DNA of 54,994 nt. Origin: Hyphochytrium catenoides. Its lineage: Eukaryota > Protista > Hyphochytriomycota. Within the stretch, counting starts at the first letter, position 1; every line of letters begins with the position of its first letter. Positions 12,863 to 24,991 of this stretch are shown in pieces. Made by a program: the position numbers and the translations under genes. The stretch lies in assembly GCA_900088475.1 (NCBI GenBank), contig FLMG01000291.1, positions 1 through 54,994 of the forward strand, given 5' to 3'. The notes under the pieces were generated by a model. The model had not been told where the DNA came from and made no database searches. It saw nothing but the letters and a program-made list of their open reading frames with translations.

Positions 12863-15801
12863 CTAAGAGGCACTCGGGGTCTGCTCTCTCTCTTGCTGGG
12901 CACGGTTGATGTTCCTATTGATCCAAGCAGTGCTGATGAGGATGATTCCCATGAGCAGACCATACATTTGGGAGGTGAGGTACGTCCACTCCCAACCACT
13001 TCCGGAGAGAAAGGGCCGGCCGCTGTCACCGCCTCTGCACACGTTGGAGGTGCCATTGCAGGCGAAGGACACCTACAGCATGAAGCCAGAAAGTACGCAA
13101 GCTATAAATATTCAGCCTCGTACAAATCTGCGAATGTCTTAAAAAGAAACTCCGAAGAAAAGGAGCACCAGACAGGACAAGTGCAACACCTTAACGATGA
13201 AGACGTAAGAATAGCACAGCGTCAGCATAAATAGTAGAGATTCTCGAAGCGTCCAAGATAACGTGAACTCAGGATTCTCGAGGTCATGCTCGCCGAATTG
13301 AAAGAGGGCAGTAGACCCGTCGATACGTACCGTAGCGTTTGCGTAGTTGAATAACACAGGGAAGTGTTGAAGGAAGGCACTACCCAGGGTTATAGTTGTC
13401 ACGCCCTCGCGTCCTCCTTCCCGACTGTCAATCAGCCAGTCCGGCTCAGGATGGAATAGGAAAGAGCAGGACTCATCTCTGCAGGTTACGTAGTGCTCGC
13501 CGTCTAGCTCAAAGGTTATATTCGGTGCCACAGAAAGACGAAGCACAGGAAACTCTTTTCTGCGACAGTTGGTACAGACATAACCCATGGAGGCTCGCCT
13601 GTCGAGACAACAAGGCCTGGGTTAGGAAGGAGACTCGACGGTAATGAAGTTTCCGTCTTAGGATCCAGCCATTTTCTCTTACCTGCACTTGACGCCAACG
13701 ATTGCACAAATATCGCTGAGAAGCGCCTCGTAGAGGAAAGAAGGTAGGCGAATTCCAGGGGTGGCGCTGTCAATGATGGCCATGCAGTCCTGGCAAAGAG
13801 TGATATTTGAGGCGATCTGAAGCCCTGTAATCTTCACCTTCCACTGCTCGTAAAAAAGGCCATCGCGAACGACTGATGCCGAGTGAAATGTCACATTAGG
13901 ACCAAGAAGGTCAGCGTCATAGCCACCAACCATCAGCCTCGACCTGAAATACGTTTGAGGTCGCGGAAACGTCAACAGCAGAGGAACAATGAGAAAAGAG
14001 GGATGTGCTTGAAGTGGCCCTGAGGCTAGGGAGGTGAGTATGAAGAGTATAAAGAGGCACATCTAAGGCTAAGTAACTGCAGAACCAGTGGCCTCCAGGT
14101 GTTAGAGTGTCATCACTTCTATCAATATGTCTCTAGTCGTTTTCTACCATGCCCAGTATCTCCCTCTAGCCTTCTCTCCTTGCCCATTGGCCGCGCGAAA
14201 AGACTTAGCAGTGGACGTTAAACGACCCAAGGAGTTTGAACCTCCGTTAAGTGGTTGGTCTGTACTAAGTACAAAGCGCTGTCACGGTACCTGGTTCGGT
14301 CCTCGGGTTTCCATCTCCTCGCTTTGTCCCCATCGGGATTCAGATAGATGAAGAACAGCTTAGGAAGCTCAGGATGCTCATTAAAAATCAACTTTGACAA
14401 AGAAGGAACCGTGATCTACGTAAAAATAGGAGAGGAGTCAAACGGAAAGCATAGCCTCAGTCGCGCCGACAGTACGTGAAGTCATAGCGCAGCAGAGAAA
14501 GGAAGAAAGTCCTGGCGACTTGGCGCCGATCACAAGGGTCTAAAGCTTGCCTAATCACCTTGGCGCCTCCAGTCATACCAAGGCCCAGTACCCCGTCAAA
14601 GTCCACAATGCCAAGGCCGGCTGTCTCATTCTTGACTTCTCCCAGAGCCAGCTGGTCAGCCAGATAGAGAAGAGGATATTCAATGAGTTAAAGAAAGGGA
14701 GGAGTCGAATGGGGTATGAAGGGGAAACTACGGACTAGAAGGCCTAGCCCATAACTCAGAGACAGAAGACCGGAACATGACCGGGCATCTTAGAGGGTGC
14801 CGATGAAAATACACAGACCAAACTAAGGTCGATCACGATGGAAGGGTGGCTTAAGCCTCCGAGCTGTGAGATATGAGTGTACCTGGGAAGCCTGGAGCGC
14901 TGCCGGCGAGGCTTCTATGCTGATTGAATCGTAAGAAATGGAGCCAGACACACGGCCATACCCACTACAAAGCTCAAATCTCTTCTTCGTCGGTTGCCAG
15001 CTGGGAGAACGAAGCGTCAAAAGAAGGGGACGGACCTAGGAGCGCCTCCACCAGAGATAGGCTTTAAAAGGGTAGGCTTTAGCATAATCCGGCCAAAAGC
15101 GGCCATAGGTGCAGCAAGAAAAGTGCACGGTCTAGCAGACCTTGAGGCGCATAAGGCTGCTGATTGAGGCTGAAAGAGAGGAAGAGCGACAGAAGATGCA
15201 GGGAAAGGAAGAGCATGAGAGGTGTTACGTTTGTGACTTGGAGCCGTTGAATTTCGAGGTCCCAGACGGGCAGCTGGTACAGTCCGCAGCCTGCACCCAG
15301 ACGTCCGACGAGCCAGTAGCCACGACGAAGGTGAAAGGTAGAGGTGGCGTCCCCAGAGAGATTGTGGCCGTTGGATAAAGTCGGCGGCGATAAAGGAGCG
15401 GGATTGTGAAAGGCACTGGTCGGGCTGATCAGAATGGGGGAGCGTCCAGCGGATTGAAGGCACAATCCTAGTCAATACACATCGTATAGTGATCCAGAAG
15501 AGCAGGATAACTGGTGCCTACCATTGGGGTCATGAACGGTCCTCTTTGAGGAAGCCTCTTGTAGCGGGCCATTCACGAACAGAGAGTTGAAGACCTCTGA
15601 AGCCACGGCAACAGATCTATGCCCTAAGGCACCATGAGAACTTGCGAGACGCGAAGTTAGGCAGACTACTCTTGCAAGAGATAAGCAGTGCAAAGACCCC
15701 TACCTACTAGTAGCTGCATTGGCGAAGAAGATCAGAATACCAGCGAGGTACACTGGGTTCAGCCCCCTCAGCGCCTCAACTAATCCGTGCATCCTCGGCA
15801 T
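12863..15801 (-). CDS. Pepsin-family (A1) aspartic protease homolog, probably catalytically inactive and membrane-anchored; ~542 aa, 9 exons: 15801-15704, 15640-15522, 15424-15229, 15000-14883, 14651-14559, 14415-14291, 13943-13683, 13598-13190, 13072-12863
   Basis: N-terminal hydrophobic signal, then ISLGTPP..FVVATGSSDVWV..C..C, FDGVLGLG, LMVGGYD, QWKV, AIIDSAT and ITLGSAFLQHF, then C-terminal hydrophobic segments. Introns are phase-consistent (1629 nt). The last intron is uncertain; the alternative stop is at 13139. Confidence 0.85.
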
Positions 15802-16084
15802 GGTTGAGTTGGTAAAATAGAGTCATGCACAACTATTCTATGTACTTAGGATCTCATCATCTTCAAACAGGCTCTAAAGTACCTGTTGCTCAGAGAGCTC
15901 TAACGCCGCTCCCTTCCTCGGCAGTGAACTAGCAGGCTAGCCGGCCTAGATAGGTAGAGCACAAGGTACAGAGCTCCGCCCGACGAACCAGCGAACAATC
16001 AATGACGAGCCTCGATCTCCGTTATGAAGTCCACACCGCAGCAGATTTCCAGGGCTCGTTGAAGATTCCTCAATTCTCTTACAG

Positions 16085-16230
16085 AAGATTTACCAAAAGT
16101 CAAAAACGTTTTTTTTACCAAAGTAAGTAAAGATCAATAGAGCTTTGTTTCCTCCCTCGAGATAGAGGCAGTGGGTCAAAAACACTGAAATTTACAGGGA
16201 ACACCACACTTTTATGACAAGCCTTCGGTC
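16085..16230. promoter_or_regulatory. AT-rich patch in the divergent intergenic region (possible bidirectional promoter)
   Basis: tttaccaaa occurs twice and there is an aaaaacgttttt palindrome, between divergent start codons at 15801(-) and 16598(+). Confidence 0.3.
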
Positions 16231-16597
16231 AAGTTTGCATGTGAAGAGTCAAGGACCTGGCGTTCTCATGTTTGTTCTGATCTCGCTTTCTCTTCTGAAG
16301 CTTTGGGCTTGACTTCTTGCTCTTATTCATGGTTCAGGAAGTGATGGATCCGGCAGCACAAGCTCTGCTGTCATCGCCTAGAGTCCACGGTATGCCCTAA
16401 GAGTGACTGGTCATGCGTGTTCAATAGACACATCTGCTTTCATTGAGAAGCCCGTTGAGGTCCTGGCGCCTAACTAGCTCTGGAAGACGAAAGTTCTCCT
16501 GCAGGGTCACTGAATCCAAGGAGAGCAGTGCGGGCCAGCATAGAGGTGCTCGCCTTGAGAGATGAGGACTTTGAAGTCCATGAAATAAGATAGAGTC

Positions 16598-19500
16598 ATG
16601 CTTTCCCTGAACGGCTCATCGCAAACGGTCGAAGGTTGTGCCTTTTACGGGGACATGTCCGAAGAGGACTGGTGCCGCGCACGCCGTTATTCTTTGGAAG
16701 CTTTAGATATTTCAAAGCAGCAGAGAACTTTGAATGCCAAGCAATTAGCGAGCAAGCGTCGGGCCCTTACTGGTGGGCCAGTCAACAGGGACGATGAGAG
16801 CCCTCTTACGCTTCAAGAAGACCGTGTAACCCTGGGCATGAGGGCGGACGAAGCTGCTCAGTCGCTTTGTGATGCGTTGCTGCGGATCCTGCCTCCACAG
16901 CCTCTCGATGTTTGGGGGGACATCGGGAACCCCGAGCAAGAAGGAGTGGGAGGGGCATCTCTCGCTAAGGAACTAGAACAATTCAAAGTCTTTAAAGACT
17001 TTGGAGGAATCACTGCGCTATTTGGGCTCTTAGGACTGCGTACTGCCCAAGAAGCTTCCAGTCATCCATCGAAAAATCGCCCTCTCCTATCTCCTCACGT
17101 TCTGGAAGCAATGGCTCTCCCCTTTTGCTCCCTATATCAAAGAAAGGCGTTGAAGTCTACCTTCGCCCTAGAACGTGACCTCATTGAGTCTATCTTTCTC
17201 CTTCTTGAGTCTCTATCCGAACACTATGGGCCTGCGGATGAAGGAAGGGATCCTTGTCTTGAACGGGGAGATGAGCTGACTGAAGACGTAAACCTAGACC
17301 AAGGCGAGGAGTGGCAACAGCATTTGCCTCTGTTTGCGTTGTGGCTGAATGTGTCCTACGACAGGACCATCTATGATCTTTGCAATTTCTTTGCGGGGAA
17401 AGCCTCTTCTTGGTCGTTACTCCTCCGTTGCAGGCTGGGGAAGGTAGTCAGTGGCGCTTTTTCTATACTCTCTGCCGACCGGTGGGTAGAGTTGATGCAG
17501 AGGGTTCTGCCCGGGACGTTAGTTAATAAAGAAGGTGGGCTGAGAGTACTTCCAGAGGAGCATCATCGTCTCTTCAACTACGCTGAAGCGACCGAGAGAG
17601 AGAGAATTGAAGGCTCAGTGCAGAGAGAGAAACGTAGGAGAATGCTGGAGCTCTGCCCCTGTGTGGACTGGCTTGCCGGAAGAAGACTCAAAGTGGCCCT
17701 ATCCCACCAGGGAAGAAGCCACATAAGAGACAAGGAAGCGACAGAAAGGCGACCGAAGGACGGGATTCAGTACAGTTTGTTCTTCTGGGGACCAAGTTTA
17801 AATCATAGCCTCGCTTCTATAGCATCGCGCTCTCTTGCTGTCCCTGAAGAAGAAGGCATCATCTACAGCCGGCTTATGGATTTGTATACAGCCTTGTTAG
17901 GCGACCCGCGCTTCTCCTTAGGTTTGTTCACTTCTGTGGAAGACACGGAGTCGTTGGAGGCGCATGACTTTTGGTTTAGCACGGCAGATGTGCCTGACGC
18001 AGACACCTCAGAGCTTATCCTGTTAGAGGGCCTACTCAATGACAGTCTTCTTCACACCGCCCGCCTAACAGAAGAGAGTAAAGACAAGCCGTTGAGAATA
18101 CGCGGGGAGATCATCTCTGCCTGTGCTCACGTAGAGAAACGTCAGAAAGTCAGATCGGAGGATTTCCGCTCCATTCTGATGGCACTTCTCACCAATGAAG
18201 ACGTGACTGCGCGGGAGAACAACCTCTGTCTTGTCCTTCTGAAGCTGGAGAAACTGTCTAAATGTCTGATGACAGTCTTAAAGAAACACTTCGGTCGGCT
18301 TGAGGAGAGAGAGATCATTAACGGCGGAAAGGGAAGGCTGGAGCGATTGGCCATCTTCTGGGATCGACTTAAACCATGACCGGGCCTTCTCTATCCTTCT
18401 GTGCTCCTATCCTGAGCTTGAGGACGGAGCAGAGAGAATGGAAGCGGTTGAGGTTCTCTCTTCCCGTTTCTCCTCTTTTCCTGCTGCTGCTTCTTTTCCT
18501 GCCCTTGTCCGTCTCTTTTCCACGACGGAAGAACGAAAGGAGCTGGCTCAGCTTTGCCACAGTTTCCTAAAAAAACAGCTGCGCTGTACTGATAGGACCT
18601 TTAGCGCTATGGTGGCTATCACTTCTATTCTNNNNNNNNNNNNNNNNNNNNNNNNNNNNNNNNNNNNNNNNNNNNNNNNNNNNNNNNNNNNTCGGAAGAT
18701 GTGGAGCCGTCCTTTAGTTATAGAAGACGAGGATGCCATTGCCGATGAGGAACCGGTCGCCGACGAGTACGTGACGGACCATCTTTGTGGGTTACTTTTG
18801 ACTAAACCAGGAGCAAGAGAAAGACTTCTCGTCAACCCTTACATTGTACCTTTTCTCCTGGAAGTGTTCCTGGAAGGCCTGGAAAACTTTTCATTATCAG
18901 CTCCTGATGTGCTCCAGGGCTACGAGGAGATTCCCATGCAGCAGAGACTCTGTTCTGTTCTTTTCTTGTCCAGGCTCCCCATGTACTCTGTGCTGTTGCT
19001 GGGGCAACAGCCACTTCTCTCACCCTTGTTGATACGGCTCGTAGAAACTTGCATAGAGATTAAGAGTGCGGTCTATCACCGGTGCCAGTCACAGGAGAGA
19101 AAGCGTCAATTAGTGAGCTATGTAAATGGGAAGCTACTGTCTCCTGCCCTAGAGTTGGTGGTGCGGCTCGCCATAGTAGAAAGATCATCGCTGCCTGAGG
19201 CTCTGTTCCAAAGGGAGGTACTTATTCTTCTTTCACGCAGCGGACCTGCCATGGAAGCTCTCCTGGACTATCTGGAGGGGACAATCGATGTGCCTCTCAA
19301 CGATCTCACCCGTCTACAAGACACCTTCTATGAAGAGAACGTCGTTTTTGGAATGTACATGAACGAGGAGATGGACCCGGTAGATCACCTATGGGATCAA
19401 GCTATCATCCTTTGCTCCGGCAGGATGAAGGATAAAGACGCGAAGCAAGACCGGTTATCCTTGTCTGCTAACGAGCAGTCAGACAGGCACTGCAGTGATG

Positions 19501-22500
19501 ATAAGGAGCTGACAAGGAAGGTAGCGACAGACAAGGACGAAAGAAATCTGGAGAAGATGCAGAAGAGGATAGCGACGTCTGCGTTTTGGAGCCACGCTTT
19601 ACCTTCGTCTCCGTTTCTTCAGTCTTTGCTGTATCTCGAGGCCGTCAAGGTGTACCGTTTCCAGCCGTACGCAGCTTGGAGCCTTGTTTCCCTGTACAGG
19701 TCCAAAGCAACAACCTGCACCAGAGAGCGTAAGAGAGGGAAGTTCCAGAAAGAGGAATCGAGAGGTGAGTGCGATAATCGTCGAGTTGCTTGTAGCACCT
19801 ATTCTTCCCACGCCGCGTTCGGGGGCCCTCTTCGTTCTATCTGTATCTCTATCGTCTACGGTTGCCCACTTACTCGTTCCTTACTGTTCTCCCTATTTCT
19901 CAGGAAACCTCTTTGGACCAAAGAGAGAAGAGCCTGTCAGGGAAGAGGGAGAGAGTCAATGGGATCTCTCAGCCATCCATCGTAGCGTTGTATCTCATCT
20001 GGAAGAGCTTCCTTCATCCCCTGTGGTTTACTACGATCGGTCGGAGTGGATCCAATATTTAGAGCTGGACAGGGAAGAGAGCCTGGAGGACGGAAGTTTA
20101 AACCTACCTAGAACGTTAAGTGAGCCTCGCTCCCTCTCTCTTCTTCCCTGGGAGGACGGGCGCCTCCTGGCGTCACGAAAGAATGTCCGCTTCTCGGATT
20201 TACCCCTCACTCTTTTTTCGAAGAAGGACGTAAAAGAGTGGAACTCTGGTCCTCTCTCTCATCTGGAGTTTGTTGACCCGCCCAACCAGCGTGAGTTTTA
20301 CTATTATGAAGTCAAGGTGCACTATGCGCCAAAGGAAGACGTGCCTAGCGGAGAAGGGAAATCGTGGAAGGTGTCGATAGGCTTTGGAGAAGCTCTGTAC
20401 CCCGAAGGTGAGCTCCCGGGCACCGAAGGAAAGCTGAATTGGACTTCCTACCAAGCGTTCAGCATTGGATACTTCAGGTACCTTATTCCACTGCGTGCGT
20501 CTGATGGTCTTCAGTAGAACCAGCAGATTAACTAGAGCAATTGCCTTGTCTCCTGAGTCAGCTTTGTTGCCTTACTTTCTACTTCTGTCGCTTCCGTGCC
20601 CCTGGCATTCCCTTTCTATCAGTCCTACTGACAGCAGCTGTTTTTAGTGACGGCCGTATTGCCAGTTCCCTGAAGAAGGAACCACTATTTTGCTCTCCAG
20701 CACTTCAATACTTCGAAGGAGACACTGTCGGTGCAGGGATAGACGCCAGGAACCAGACGTTCTTTTTCACCAGGAACGGCAAGGTGATCGGTCCGGACTT
20801 TGGAAAGACTGACAGCAGCTTACAAGGTGAGAGGAAGAGAGAATAACTTCTATTTATCTTCCTAGCTTCACAACGGGTGAAGAGAGTGAGGAAGGAGAAT
20901 AAGTTTACGGCAAGGAAGCGGTCTCCAAAAGATGAGCAGAACATCGAGCAAAAAGTAAAGGATGATGAGAGGACTACGTCCGATCGGAGGAGACCGTCAG
21001 AGGCAGAATAGGGATGAAGGTTACCCACGACGGCGTCGATTAGAAGAGGGACGAGAGTAACGTACACGCGATGCTTACTCTCTTGATGCTGGTTGTTGGT
21101 TCATCTTCAGGGTCATCTCTATCTTGTCCAAGAGAGGAAAATCAGGAGGGCATGCGCCTTTCTCCGCATTCGCCAGAAGGTGTGCTTCCGCTTCATGGTG
21201 CGATAGGCATGGCAGGGCCTGTGGAGCTCATTATAAGTGGAAGGGACAAAGACGGAAAGGGGTCATGGGCCAGGGAGTGTACGAACAAAATGGACGACAC
21301 AGGATCTGCGACCGGAGCTGAGAAGGCCCAACGAGAGCAGCAGGAGGCAGGAGAGAAGGCTGCTGTAGGCCACGGTGTTGAGGCGCCGATTAGCAGGAAC
21401 CAAGGTCGCGGAATGCCACAGTTTCCCTGGCGTTCGCACCTCCCATGCAGAGAAAGCCGATGGGCGTACCCTGAAGCGGAAAAGGAGAAGCACGTGGTTG
21501 AGAACCGCTCCAGGATCTGTGTCACCAGGGATTTTCTTCCTGCGGAGGCCATTGTTGGCCTAAAGCGCGACCTGAAAGTGCTAGAGGAAACGTACAATAC
21601 GGGCTTAGGGCGGACGCTAGGCGCAGTAGTGGACGACTTGATAGAGGGACAAACGCTGCTCAATCTCATTAATCCATTCCTCTCCCTCTTCGTGGATGGG
21701 GTTAGCCTCTTCGAGGATGCAGAGCTCGCTCGTAAGAGATGGTTGACGGGAAGCAAGAGGAGATGGAGACGACCATGGTCTCCGTATCAGCTTCTTCCCT
21801 CTGTCTTCTCGGTCTCTCATGAGGGAGAGACGAGAATTGTCTCCGATCTCTCTCCTTGGATCCCCAAGCAAGAGTTCCCAAGCCTCTACTCCTCTTTGGA
21901 GAAGCTTTTCTCTTCTTTACTCCCACTGTTTGAGCGTTGCTGCTTCGACAGAAGCGGAAAGAACAGAGGAGAGACGCTAAGAGGGAGAAAGCTTCAAGTC
22001 ATCGTGAAAGCCACTGAACACATATTTGCTCCAGGAAGGCAATTCACACCCGAAGATTGGAAGTCAGAGGGCCTTCCCCACGAGGACATTCTTGCCGTGG
22101 GCATCTTCTTTCCTTCTCACTCTCACTCTCTTTCATCCCAGGGTTTGGCTTTTCGACAGCCTGCAAACTTTGAAGAGCTCTTCCCACAGCCTCCAGACGC
22201 TACAGTCAAGATCACTCCTTTCCCTTACTATAATCATCCTAAGTCAAACTATGGGCGGGAAACCGGCTTACTGTCGATGTCCTCCGATGGCAAGTTGAAG
22301 CAGAAAGGCTATGTCAGCAGCTGCGGAGTGGGAACGGTCGCGATCGGTGAGGGGACGGCAGTGGTCTTCAAGAACAACGTGCAGTACAAATTGCTAGGGA
22401 TAACAACGAATCCTGAGGTGGAGGGCGGAATGTCACGATCTTCGCTCACCGCTATTACATTCATGCTTGTCTGTCCTCGGCATCCGATCCCTTCGTCCGT

Positions 22501-22828
22501 TGAAGTCCCTGGCAGAAAGAACAGGCCTTGGGAGATGTGCGTCTTCCTCATGATGACTGCAATTGAGGACGCCGCTCTCTCTCTCTCTCCACCCGTACAT
22601 TTCTCTGTAGAACTCCTGCTGAGGATTATGAGTTTCGTTTCTCCTGTTACAGTGGATCTGACTATGAGCGCCATGCGAGTAGACAGGGAATGGCTAAGCA
22701 TCGAGAGAGTTTATTTTGCTCATGAGGACAACTATTACGCAGAATTGACACCAGACAAGTGGGCAGAGATCCGTACAGCTATGGTAGAGAGCTATCAGCT
22801 CGATGAGATTGATCTCCTTCGTCGCTGA
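16598..22828 (+). CDS. Large helical-N-terminus + SPRY + DUF4246-like protein, paralog A (~1880 aa); exons 16598-19764 (with a +1 frame break near 18370 and an N gap), 19904-20477, 20648-20826, 21111-22828; possibly a pseudogene
   Basis: SPRY motifs YYEVKV..VSIGFG..ELPG..SIGYFSDG..GDTVGAGID..FFFTRNGK; DUF4246-type motifs YQLLPSVF, LYSSLEKLF..LPLFE, LRGRKLQVIVK, LAFRQ, GEGTAVVFKN, FMLVCP; colinear with paralog B. Confidence 0.8.
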
Positions 22829-24469
22829 TGGGGAATAGCTACGCCAAGAAGAGGCTGGTGGAGAGGAGACGGCAGAGTACTAGACAGATTATGTTCCTCT
22901 TCGAGTCCTTTGGTCAACGTGCCACTGCCATAGCTCTTATATATATCCAGTCTCAAGCCTTGTAAGCGCGGAACCAGAAGTCGCGCAAAAACTCATAAAG
23001 AAGAGAGAAGAGAACAGAGCAGAGCCTGGTACGTTAGGTGAACCTAAGAACTCGCAAATCTCCGCCAGCATCACTTGCCGCCATAGATTCTTGGCATACC
23101 GTGCACTTATATGGAGGTGAGTTTGTTGGGAGGAGATTGCTCTCTTGGTGCCTCAAAGCGTCATACGTCCGTCGTAAGCTGCAGCAGGCGGAGGTCGTCG
23201 TCTCGTCTGTTCTGTGTGGTCAGTGGGGAAGGGTGCTTGTCTACTCTGTGCCCCCGATCAGAAGATAATGCTTGTCAGAGCTGTGTTTTTTGCTGAAAAA
23301 TGCACTGAGTTAACGAGGCCGTCTCTTGTCAGTGTAAGCACTAGAGTCCTATCTTGGTGCCCCTCTGATGTCTTCTACGGCTCTGCCATCAGCTTTTTAC
23401 GGCTTGCCATCAGCGTTTTGTCTTCAAATGGATGTGAGTTCATAGCTTTTCGTCAGCTTGTCAGTCAGGGTGCTCACAATGCAAATGCTCTTGCTTAGCA
23501 AACATCAAAAACTCTGCAAGGGAAGAGGCTTAAGAGAGAGTGGCCAGGCAGCTACCTGCTATCTGTCTGTGCTCGAGAGGCTTCCTTGAGCTTACGAACC
23601 AGAGCAGCTGCCTGTAGCGTCAGAGGTTCATTGGAAGAGGATGGAGAAACACTTTCGCTGCATAATCTATGGTGCGCTAGCCCATCAGGAAGAATAGCAA
23701 TGCATTCAGTTTGCACGATATGGATCTCTCTCTTACTTTCGCTTTGTCTTGAAGGTGCCCCTCCCTCTTTGGCTCGCAAAGAGCCTACTTCTGCTGTCAC
23801 CATCCTCCCCCTTCTTGCTGTAAGCTCTTCTTCTATATCGCATGTTCACTAATCCTCTACTCGCCAGCCTTGTCCTAAGTAGACTGGGCTGGCAGGGTAC
23901 TCGGCTTGCCTGGTGCCCATAGGAGGACACAATCTCAAGTCATTGTATGCCTCCTTCAAGGTCGTCGCTGCAATCTGCCGTGACATAGCAACCGTGATCT
24001 CTGTAGATGGACTGCAGTCTCTGGCCTGCCTTCTATTCTCTCTCACTCAGAGACAGCACTACGGCTTGCACTCTTCGCCTGGAACTCACAGACCAAGCAG
24101 AACTTCCTGGGCACCAGGTCAGTCGAGTCTCCGTCATCCTCTCCCAGCCGCTGTCCCAGCGCTGGTGGGGCTCTCAAAGCCGCGTGGCCGGAATCTTCGC
24201 TTGTCCGTTGTCTCCATAGACCAGTAACTTCAACATCAGAATCAGAACCTTTTACCGAAGATATGGCACTGATATATTCTGGTCTTGAATTCGGCACTAA
24301 AGTCAATTTTCTCCACAGATCCGTCTTTTTCAGAATAACTAACATGAAGTCGTACTCTTACTATGGATCGGAACGGCCACAACTGTGCTGTTGTAGGATT
24401 GCGCTCGCACTGTGGCCAGACAAACCTAAAGATTCGGAACCAGAAGCACTGCGCCCCAAGGAGGAAGAG

Positions 24470-24723
24470 AGGAGAAAGAGACAGAAGAGAGAGAGAGAGA
24501 GAGAGAGGGAGAGAGGGAGAGAGAGAGAGAAAGAGAGAGAGAGACAGAGAGACAGAGAGAGGGAGAGAGAGAGAGAAAGAGAGAGAGAGACAGAGAGACA
24601 GAGAGACAGAGAGACAGAGAGAGANNNNNNNNNNNNNNNNNNNNNNNNNNNNNNNNNNNNNNNNNNNNNNNNNNNNNNNNNNNNNNNNNNNNNNNNNNNN
24701 NNNNNNNNNNNNNNNNNNNNNNN
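24470..24723. repeat. (GA/GACA)n microsatellite running into an assembly gap (N 24625-24723)
   Basis: Directly visible. Confidence 0.95.
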
Positions 24724-24991
24724 AGTGAGAAACTAAGGGAGAGTACGACCAAAAACTGTGATTGTCCTGCGAATCGTTGATGCTGAAGATGACACGGAGA
24801 TGATATCGGAGCTCACAAAAAGGACCTTCGTCCACACCCCAGCGCGCCGTCACATCCGATGCGATGGCCCAAGCAGAGTCTCGCAATTGCTAGGTTTCCC
24901 ATTCATCGTTGAGGCCTCGGGAGGAGAGAGGTAGTTCTCTGGGGGATAGGCCGGCGTTGTGTCTGCACGCCCAGGCATCTGCAGCAGGACG

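Noticed and set aside
22590-22650. F-box-like FSVELLLRIMSF / LSVELLLKIASF near the C-termini of the SPRY paralogs
   Set aside because: As I recall, DUF4246 proteins carry a similar LP.EL...I helix at this position, so it cannot be called a separate F-box without an HMM test
22900-24450. Short ORFs between the SPRY paralogs
   Set aside because: No recognisable motifs or consistent exon chain
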